DNA of 64,000 nucleotides from Escherichia coli (GTDB lineage Bacteria; Pseudomonadota; Gammaproteobacteria; Enterobacterales; Enterobacteriaceae): NCBI RefSeq assembly GCF_002854065.1, contig NZ_CP024147.1; one strand, 5' to 3'. Shown piece by piece: positions 56,899 to 64,000 of this stretch (position 1 is its first letter; each line of letters starts with the position of its first letter). The notes under the pieces were generated by a model. It saw only the letters and a program-made list of their open reading frames with translations, ran no database searches and was not told where the DNA came from. The position numbers and the translations under genes were made by a program.

Positions 56899-58041
56899 TT
56901 AAATCTGCTTTTCATACAATCGGTAACGCTTGTACGGCTCTGCCCCAATGCGTTCCAGCATGTTATTCATGCCTGTATTGGTTTCGAGGATCCATGACAT
57001 CTCCAGCGCATCGATCTTCCGGCGGGCAAACGGATCGCGTAAGGCTTCAATCAATAACAGCGCAATCACCGGGCCGATGCGGCTGAACTGATACTCGTCC
57101 CGCACGCCCATCAGCGGCACTCGCGCAGTTCGCACACCGCTGACTTTCAAACGCCACAGCAATTTTGCCCAGCCGAAGGGAAAGAGCGATCCGTTCAGAT
57201 CGGCAATCGCCTCGTTGATGTTCGGCAAGCCGACAATAAACGCGCAGGGTGCAGAATCAATCTCAGCGATGTAGATCATATCGTCCGGCACCAGATATTT
57301 AAGTTGATCGCCCATGGTCGCGAATTCATGTTCGGTAAACGGCACAAATCCCCAGTTGTGCTGCCAGCCAGAGTTGAAAATCTCACGCAGGATCTGCATC
57401 TCTTCGGCAAACCGCTGGCGATTGATGCAGCGAATGGTCACCTTTTTGCGCACCTGATCCATCAGTTTTTTTAGCGCCGGAGAGAAAGTGAGATCGGTTC
57501 GCTGCATCCACCACGCCAGTAAATCAATGCCTTTGTGATAACCCAGTTGTTCAATATGCGCGGCATACCACGGTTTGCCGTGTGGCATCATCGCACAGGG
57601 TGGTGTGTCAAAACCTTCAATCAGTAATCCGCTTTCCTGATTGATATTCAGGCTGAAAGGCCCGCTGATCTTACTTGCACCTTGTGACTTCAACCACGCT
57701 TCCGCTGCGCCAAACAACGCGGCAAAAACCTGCGGATCATCAATGGCGTCAATCATTCCGAAATGACCGGTATCTTCACCGTAACGCTCACGGTGCAAGG
57801 TATCTATTTGCGCGGTAATACGCCCAACTATCTGCCCCGCTTTTTTTGCCACCCACGCCTGCCAGATGATATGGTCCGTCCCCGGATTTTTCGCAGACAA
57901 ATGCTCGCTGCGTTCAATGAATAAAGGGGGTATCCAGTTTGGATCATCGGGATAAAGTGATGACGGAAAAGCGATAAATGCCTTAAGGTCATTTTTATTA
58001 ATTACTTTTTCAATTTTGATCATCAGCAGATCGCATTCCAT
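56899..58041 (-). CDS. yghO: YghO-like protein, possible GNAT-fold N-acyltransferase (start codon uncertain, possibly 58023)
   Basis: 380-aa intact ORF at the yghO position after glcC; divergent from the lipid-like gene cluster; acyltransferase fold is my inference from sequence character only. Confidence 0.5.
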   Translation of the reverse strand: MECDLLMIKIEKVINKNDLKAFIAFPSSLYPDDPNWIPPLFIERSEHLSAKNPGTDHIIWQAWVAKKAGQIVGRITAQIDTLHRERYGEDTGHFGMIDAIDDPQVFAALFGAAEAWLKSQGASKISGPFSLNINQESGLLIEGFDTPPCAMMPHGKPWYAAHIEQLGYHKGIDLLAWWMQRTDLTFSPALKKLMDQVRKKVTIRCINRQRFAEEMQILREIFNSGWQHNWGFVPFTEHEFATMGDQLKYLVPDDMIYIAEIDSAPCAFIVGLPNINEAIADLNGSLFPFGWAKLLWRLKVSGVRTARVPLMGVRDEYQFSRIGPVIALLLIEALRDPFARRKIDALEMSWILETNTGMNNMLERIGAEPYKRYRLYEKQI

Positions 58042-58411
58042 AGTTCTGTGGGTAACAAATAATTAACGGTGAAAAACAGGTTGCAACAGCAACGAACGGC
58101 ATCTTAATAATCAACCCAATGAATACAAACGACGAATAAATAGTATTTATTAATGATTACGATAGGGTCAGCGACTACGCAGAAGCGCCACAATGCCTTT
58201 TGTCGATTTAAGGCGACCGGACAAGGCTTCTTCTTAATATATTCATAAATTAAATATCATTCACAATAAAAACAAAAAACTTAAATTCATTATTTAAATC
58301 AATGTTCATTTTCACACCGATGAAAATACTATCTCATTTATCTTTTATGCCTATATAATCCACCGCATTATTGTCATTTTATTTTGGATATCCAATTTTT
58401 TCGTGGTGTAT

Positions 58412-60133
58412 ATGTCTAATAAAATCTTTACGCATTCCCTACCTATGCGCTATGCCGATTTTCCAACGCTGGTTGATGCTTTGGACTACGCCGCTCTGAG
58501 TAGCGCTGGAATGAATTTTTATGACAGACGTTGCCAACTTGAAGATCAACTGGAATATCAGACGTTAAAAGCGCGTGCCGAAGCTGGTGCGAAGCGGTTG
58601 TTATCGCTAAACCTGAAAAAAGGCGATCGCGTGGCGCTGATTGCCGAAACCAGTAGCGGGTTCGTAGAGGCTTTTTTTTCCTGCCAGTATGCCGGCTTAG
58701 TCGCCGTCCCGTTGGCGATTCCAATGGGCGTCGGTCAGCGGGATTCCTGGAGCGCCAAACTGCAGGGTTTACTGGCAAGTTGCCAGCCCGCTGCCATTAT
58801 CACTGGTGATGAGTGGTTGCCGCTGGTCAATGCCGCCACGCATAACAACCCCGAATTGCATGTATTAAGCCACGCCTGGTTTAAGGCATTACCGGAAGCT
58901 GATGTTGCGCTCCAGCGCCCAGTTCCGGACGATATCGCCTACCTCCAGTACACCTCCGGCAGCACCCGTTTTCCCCGTGGCGTCATTATCACCCATCGCG
59001 AAGTGATGGCTAATCTACGTGCTATAAGCCACGATGGCATTAAATTACGCCCTGGCGACCGCTGCGTCTCCTGGCTGCCTTTCTACCATGATATGGGACT
59101 GGTCGGCTTTCTCCTGACCCCGTTCGCCACGCAGCTTTCAGTAGATTATTTGCGCACTCAGGATTTTGCCATGCGTCCTCTGCAATGGCTTAAATTGATC
59201 AGTAAAAATCGCGGCACCGTTTCCGTTGCGCCGCCGTTTGGCTATGAATTGTGCCAGCGCCGCGTGAATGAAAAAGATCTCGCTGAACTGGATCTTTCCT
59301 GCTGGCGCGTCGCTGGTATTGGTGCAGAACCCATCTCCGCAGAACAACTCCATCAATTCGCTGAATGTTTCCGTCAGGTTAACTTTGACGATAAAACTTT
59401 CATGCCGTGCTACGGACTGGCAGAAAATGCGCTGGCTGTCAGTTTCTCTGATGAAGCCTCCGGGGTTGTGGTTAACGAAGTGGATCGCGACATCCTCGAA
59501 TATCAGGGTAAAGCCGTTGCGCCGGGTGCAGAGACACGCGCCGTATCGACTTTCGTCAACTGCGGTAAAGCGTTGCCGGAACATGGTATTGAAATCCGCA
59601 ATGAAGCAGGTATACCTGTCGCGGAACGTGTGGTAGGCCATATTTGCATCTCCGGCCCTAGCCTGATGAGCGGTTACTTTGGCGACCAGGTTTCACAAGA
59701 CGAGATTGCCGCGACGGGCTGGTTAGACACCGGGGACCTCGGTTATCTGCTGGACGGTTATCTGTATGTCACCGGACGCATTAAAGATCTGATTATTATT
59801 CGTGGCCGTAATATCTGGCCGCAGGATATTGAATATATTGCGGAACAGGAACCGGAAATTCATTCTGGCGATGCGATTGCTTTTGTTACCGCCCAGGAAA
59901 AAATCATTTTGCAGATCCAGTGTCGGATCAGCGATGAAGAACGTCGCGGGCAGCTTATCCACGCGCTGGCAGCACGGATCCAAAGCGAATTTGGCGTAAC
60001 AGCGGCTATCGATCTGTTGCCGCCCCACAGTATTCCCCGAACGTCCTCCGGTAAGCCTGCCCGTGCGGAAGCGAAAAAACGTTATCAGAAGGCTTATGCT
60101 GCCAGTCTTCATGTGCAGGAATCCCTGGCATGA
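58412..60133 (+). CDS. Fatty acyl-AMP ligase / acyl-ACP synthetase-like adenylating enzyme
   Basis: AMP-binding core motifs read directly: YTSGSTRFPRG, CYGLAEN, TGDLGY, GRIKDLIIIRGRNI. Confidence 0.8.
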   Translation: MSNKIFTHSLPMRYADFPTLVDALDYAALSSAGMNFYDRRCQLEDQLEYQTLKARAEAGAKRLLSLNLKKGDRVALIAETSSGFVEAFFSCQYAGLVAVPLAIPMGVGQRDSWSAKLQGLLASCQPAAIITGDEWLPLVNAATHNNPELHVLSHAWFKALPEADVALQRPVPDDIAYLQYTSGSTRFPRGVIITHREVMANLRAISHDGIKLRPGDRCVSWLPFYHDMGLVGFLLTPFATQLSVDYLRTQDFAMRPLQWLKLISKNRGTVSVAPPFGYELCQRRVNEKDLAELDLSCWRVAGIGAEPISAEQLHQFAECFRQVNFDDKTFMPCYGLAENALAVSFSDEASGVVVNEVDRDILEYQGKAVAPGAETRAVSTFVNCGKALPEHGIEIRNEAGIPVAERVVGHICISGPSLMSGYFGDQVSQDEIAATGWLDTGDLGYLLDGYLYVTGRIKDLIIIRGRNIWPQDIEYIAEQEPEIHSGDAIAFVTAQEKIILQIQCRISDEERRGQLIHALAARIQSEFGVTAAIDLLPPHSIPRTSSGKPARAEAKKRYQKAYAASLHVQESLA

Positions 60134-61044
60134 ATCAAACTGTCGCGGTGACGGGCGCTACCGGGTTTATCGGTAAATATATTATCGATAACCTGCTCAC
60201 CCGCGGCTTTCACGTTCGCGCATTGACGCGTACTGCCCGCGCTCACGTCAATGATAATCTTACTTGGGTGCGCGGTTCGCTGGAAGATACACATTCGCTT
60301 AGCGAACTGGTTGCCGGAGCCAGCGCGGTGGTCCATTGCGCCGGGCAAGTGCGCGGACACAAAGAAGAGATTTTTACCCACTGTAACGTTGACGGCAGCC
60401 TGCGCCTGATGCAAGCAGCAAAAGAGAGCGGCTTTTGCCAACGTTTTCTGTTTATCTCTTCGCTGGCGGCGCGCCATCCCGAGCTCTCCTGGTACGCAAA
60501 TTCCAAACACGTCGCCGAACAACGGCTGACGGCAATGGCTGACGAAATTACGCTGGGCGTTTTTCGCCCGACAGCCGTGTATGGTCCCGGCGATAAAGAG
60601 TTAAAACCGCTGTTTGACTGGATGCTGCGCGGCCTGCTGCCACGACTTGGTGCACCAGATACACAGTTCTCTTTCCTGCATGTCACCGATTTTGCGCAAG
60701 CAGTGGGTCAGTGGTTAAGCGCCGAAACTGTACAGACGCAAACCTATGAATTATGCGATGGCGTCGCTGGCGGCTATGACTGGCAACGCGTACGACAGCT
60801 TGCCGCCGAAGCCCGTTGTGGTTCCGTGCGGATGGTTGGCCTTCCTCTGCCGGTACTCACCTGCCTTGCGGATATCAGTACTGCGTTGAGTCGCCTGGCA
60901 GGTAAAGAACCTATGCTGACCCGCTCGAAAATTCGTGAATTAACCCACGCCGACTGGTCGGCAAGTAATAACCGTATTTCTGAAGATATTAATTGTTTTC
61001 CCGGGATTAGCCTGGAACACGCATTACGCAACGGGCTATTTTGA
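60130..61044 (+). CDS. NAD(P)-dependent epimerase/dehydratase-family (extended SDR) reductase
   Basis: N-terminal GATGFIG Rossmann motif and YANSK (YxxxK) catalytic motif; start overlaps the upstream stop (ATGA). Confidence 0.75.
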   Translation: MNQTVAVTGATGFIGKYIIDNLLTRGFHVRALTRTARAHVNDNLTWVRGSLEDTHSLSELVAGASAVVHCAGQVRGHKEEIFTHCNVDGSLRLMQAAKESGFCQRFLFISSLAARHPELSWYANSKHVAEQRLTAMADEITLGVFRPTAVYGPGDKELKPLFDWMLRGLLPRLGAPDTQFSFLHVTDFAQAVGQWLSAETVQTQTYELCDGVAGGYDWQRVRQLAAEARCGSVRMVGLPLPVLTCLADISTALSRLAGKEPMLTRSKIRELTHADWSASNNRISEDINCFPGISLEHALRNGLF

Positions 61045-61075
61045 TTGTCTTGTTTAAAGGTGTGTTAACGTTTCT

Positions 61076-61324
61076 ATGGTAAATCGTGAAATAGTAATGG
61101 ATTACATCCTTTCCTGTTTACAGGATTTGGTCGAAAACGGTGTGGAAATTAAGCCCGACAGCGATCTCGTCAACGATCTTGGCCTGGAGTCGATCAAAGT
61201 GATGGATCTCTTAATGATGCTGGAAGACAGATTCGATATTTCCATTCCTATTAATATTCTGCTGGATGTCAAAACCCCTGCGCAATTAATGGAAACTCTA
61301 CTTCCATGGCTGGAGAATAAATAA
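61076..61324 (+). CDS. Dedicated acyl carrier protein
   Basis: About 80-aa acidic ORF with DLGLESIKVMDL phosphopantetheine-attachment-like motif. Confidence 0.65.
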   Translation: MVNREIVMDYILSCLQDLVENGVEIKPDSDLVNDLGLESIKVMDLLMMLEDRFDISIPINILLDVKTPAQLMETLLPWLENK

Positions 61325-62496
61325 TGGGGCTATACGATAAATATGCGCGCCTTGCTGGCGAGCGACTGCAATTTAGTGACAACGGGTTAACACCGTTTGG
61401 CACCTGTATTGATGAAGTGTATTCCGCCACCGAAGGCCGGATCGGCAATAAAAAAGTGATTCTGGCCGGGACCAATAATTACCTCGGTTTAACCTTTAAT
61501 CATGATGCCATCGCCGAAGGTCAGGCAGCGTTAGCGGCCCAAGGCACCGGCACCACCGGTTCTCGTATGGCAAACGGCAGTTATGCGCCGCACCTGGCGT
61601 TAGAGAAAGAGATTGCCGAGTTTTTCAATCGCCCTACCGCTATCGTTTTTTCAACCGGTTATACCGCTAATTTAGGCGTCATCAGCGCACTTGCCGACCA
61701 TAACGCCGTGGTGTTACTGGATGCCGACAGCCACGCCAGTATTTATGACGCCTGTTCTCTCGGTGGCGCGGAAATTATTCGTTTCCGCCATAACGATGCT
61801 AAAGATCTGGAACGGCGCATGGTTCGCCTCGGTGAACGGGCGAAAGAGGCGATTATCATCGTTGAGGGTATCTACAGCATGCTCGGTGACGTTGCGCCGC
61901 TGGCGGAAATTGTTGATATCAAACGTCGTCTCGGTGGTTATTTGATTGTCGATGAAGCGCATTCGTTTGGCGTGTTAGGCGCAACGGGGCGCGGACTGGC
62001 TGAAGCTGTCGGCGTTGAAGATGATGTGGATATTATCGTTGGCACCTTCAGTAAAAGTCTGGCCTCGATTGGCGGTTTTGCTGTCGGTTCGGAAGCGATG
62101 GAAGTACTGCGCTACGGCAGCCGCCCGTATATTTTTACCGCCTCTCCTTCTCCGTCCTGCATTGCGACCGTGCGCTCGTCGTTAAAAACTATTGCCACAC
62201 AACCAGAGCTGCGGCAAAAGCTGATGGATAACGCCAACCATCTGTATGACGGTCTGCAAAAACTGGGTTATGAGTTAAGTTCACATATTAGCCCGGTAGT
62301 GCCGGTAATAATCGGTTCGAAAGAGGAAGGTTTACGCATCTGGCGCGAGCTTATTTCGCTGGGCGTTTATGTGAATCTTATCCTGCCACCTGCCGCGCCT
62401 GCAGGCATCACGCTGCTGCGCTGTAGCGTAAACGCTGCCCACAGTCGTGAGCAAATCGATGCCATCATTCAGGCATTTGCTACTCTGAAGCAGTAA
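61324..62496 (+). CDS. Alpha-oxoamine synthase, serine palmitoyltransferase-like (PLP-dependent)
   Basis: 390 aa; PLP-lysine motif GTFSKSLASIGGF resembles SPT-type rather than BioF/Kbl-type enzymes as I remember them; HSxG-like aminotransferase blocks. Confidence 0.75.
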   Translation: MGLYDKYARLAGERLQFSDNGLTPFGTCIDEVYSATEGRIGNKKVILAGTNNYLGLTFNHDAIAEGQAALAAQGTGTTGSRMANGSYAPHLALEKEIAEFFNRPTAIVFSTGYTANLGVISALADHNAVVLLDADSHASIYDACSLGGAEIIRFRHNDAKDLERRMVRLGERAKEAIIIVEGIYSMLGDVAPLAEIVDIKRRLGGYLIVDEAHSFGVLGATGRGLAEAVGVEDDVDIIVGTFSKSLASIGGFAVGSEAMEVLRYGSRPYIFTASPSPSCIATVRSSLKTIATQPELRQKLMDNANHLYDGLQKLGYELSSHISPVVPVIIGSKEEGLRIWRELISLGVYVNLILPPAAPAGITLLRCSVNAAHSREQIDAIIQAFATLKQ

Positions 62497-62530
62497 TGTG
62501 AGCCCGCCGTGGTGTTGCGCCACGGCGGGT

Positions 62531-63610
62531 TTAATGTTGTCTGTCATACCAATACACCAGGCTCAACGCCACCAGCACAAACGCTATCGGTAAACCGAGC
62601 GCGGTAACAGGTGCGCTCAACGCAAATAGCAATCCCAGATTGACCATGATTTGATAGCTGATCCAGGTGAGTAAGCCAACGATGACACCTACAGCGAGAC
62701 GGCTACCCATCCCTGGCGAGCGCGGGGCACTAAAGGTAAACGGCACAGCCAGCAAAATCATCGCCAGGGTCAGGATGGGTTGCCCCAGTTTTTCCCACAG
62801 TGCAAGGCGGTATTCGCTGCTGGGTTGCCCGGTTTCCTGCAAATAATGGATGTAATGATTAAGCTGACGGACAGAAAAAGTATTCCCCGGCATCGATAGC
62901 TCTTCAAGATCCATACTGGTGAAGGCCGATTGCCAGGCAAGATTATCTGATGTTTCCAGCGTTTCTTTGCCATTCAGCCATTTTTTATGATTCACACCAT
63001 GCAGGATCCACGTTTTGTCGTCTTCAATGGTGGCACTGCGTGCATAAATGTAGGATTCGAGCGAAAGATCATCACGATAATGAAAAATCTCCACGCGCAC
63101 AGGCTGGCCCTGCTCGTTCAGCGATTTTACCGTCACAAATTCATTACCGCGCCTGGCCCACAGCATATTGCCGGTAATGTCATCGTCCTCACCCAACGCA
63201 GTGGCAGTCGATTTGATTTGCAGCGCCTGTTGCTGCAATGGCGACGCTACCCACTCATCTATCGCGCCTAACGAAACAGTCCACAATATCCCGGCAACCA
63301 GCGCCACCAGTGCAATACGGAAGATAGAAAACCCCGTGCTGCGAATGGCGGTAAGCTCACTGTTTTTCGATAACTGCCCCAGGCCAACAATCCCTCCCAA
63401 TAAGGCGATAAACGGCGAAAGTTCGACCAGTGTGCGCGGTAAGGTCATTAGCACCACCAGCACCGCCTGAGTCCAGCGATAACCGCCCGGGCTGACATCA
63501 TCCAGTTCGTTAATCAGGTTGAAGGTGGTAAAAAGCGGCAGCAATAGCCCTGCGGCGGCGGCAAAACCGAGAAAGAGATGACGGATTAAATAGCGACTGA
63601 AAACATTCAT
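62531..63610 (-). CDS. LptF/LptG (YjgP/YjgQ)-family permease
   Basis: Polytopic ORF starting at MNVFSRYLIRHLFLGF with large periplasmic loop; likely a yghQ-region gene. Confidence 0.7.
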   Translation of the reverse strand: MNVFSRYLIRHLFLGFAAAAGLLLPLFTTFNLINELDDVSPGGYRWTQAVLVVLMTLPRTLVELSPFIALLGGIVGLGQLSKNSELTAIRSTGFSIFRIALVALVAGILWTVSLGAIDEWVASPLQQQALQIKSTATALGEDDDITGNMLWARRGNEFVTVKSLNEQGQPVRVEIFHYRDDLSLESYIYARSATIEDDKTWILHGVNHKKWLNGKETLETSDNLAWQSAFTSMDLEELSMPGNTFSVRQLNHYIHYLQETGQPSSEYRLALWEKLGQPILTLAMILLAVPFTFSAPRSPGMGSRLAVGVIVGLLTWISYQIMVNLGLLFALSAPVTALGLPIAFVLVALSLVYWYDRQH

Positions 63611-64000
63611 CGGGAAAATTTCTGCAGCAAAGAGAAGTCGCGTGCGACCAGCATCAGCAGGCCCATTAGCATGAGTCCGGGCACTAACCACAAACCAGGA
63701 ATGAGAGGAATCGCGCCGTTAGCCACCAGCGTACGGCAGACGTCGCCGCCATAAAAAATGGCAATAAACAGCAACGTCAGTGGCAATAACGTTGAAAATC
63801 GCCCCTGCCGCGGTTTTACCCGACTTAATGAAATGGCCAGCAGCGCCATCAACAATGCTGTCAGGCCACGGCTTTGTCGCCATTGCAGTTCGGCATGATC
63901 GGCTGGAAAGACGGAGCGCGCCAGCTCCGTGACCGATTTCGCTTTGCGTTTGACGTTAGGGCTTTGATCCAGCGGATTCAGATGTAATTGCAGATTACGG
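63607..64000 (-). CDS. Second LptF/LptG-family permease, 3' part only (gene continues beyond the window end)
   Basis: Minus-strand frame is open from the window end to the stop at 63607; hydrophobic C-terminal segment. Confidence 0.6.
   Translation of the reverse strand, partial: RNLQLHLNPLDQSPNVKRKAKSVTELARSVFPADHAELQWRQSRGLTALLMALLAISLSRVKPRQGRFSTLLPLTLLFIAIFYGGDVCRTLVANGAIPLIPGLWLVPGLMLMGLLMLVARDFSLLQKFSR

Overview
This window reads as an Escherichia coli / Shigella-type chromosome segment; I recognise most proteins from memory of E. coli K-12, and no database search was run. The backbone is cmtA-cmtB-tktA-loiP-speB, then speA, yqgB, metK, galP, sprT, endA, rsmE, gshB, yqgE, ruvX, yggR-yggW, yggM, ansB, yggN, yggL, trmB, mutY, yggX, mltC, nupG, speC, yqgA and tRNA-Phe (pheV), followed by the glcABGFEDC/glcC locus and yghO. 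Relative to K-12 the whole speA-to-pheV block (about 35 kb) is inverted between two identical, oppositely oriented IS1 copies. The inversion breakpoint lies inside a lipoprotein gene between speB and speA, whose two halves now sit 36 kb apart with a split 9-bp target duplication. A third, variant IS1 copy with an intact 9-bp duplication sits between cmtB and an accessory flotillin-like (SPFH) gene. Downstream of pheV there is a decayed island: a type VI secretion remnant (tssB with a poly-G frameshift, tssC, tssK, and a TssL-like ORF that looks chimeric) and a CS1/CFA-I-like fimbrial remnant (usher fragment, chaperone, adhesin-like, pilin) cut by IS1. Beyond the right IS1 are a ToxR-like membrane regulator and 1.4 kb of ORF-free AT-rich DNA. 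The most interesting candidate system is at the right end: divergent from yghO, an AT-rich promoter drives a fatty-acyl-AMP ligase, an SDR reductase, a dedicated acyl carrier protein and a serine-palmitoyltransferase-like enzyme next to LptF/LptG-like permeases. This gene set mirrors the bacterial sphingolipid/ceramide core pathway, which I do not know to be characterised in E. coli. Two frameshifts (tssB, yggR) both fall in poly-G runs and may be sequencing artefacts. Coordinates of IS ends may be off by 1 bp.
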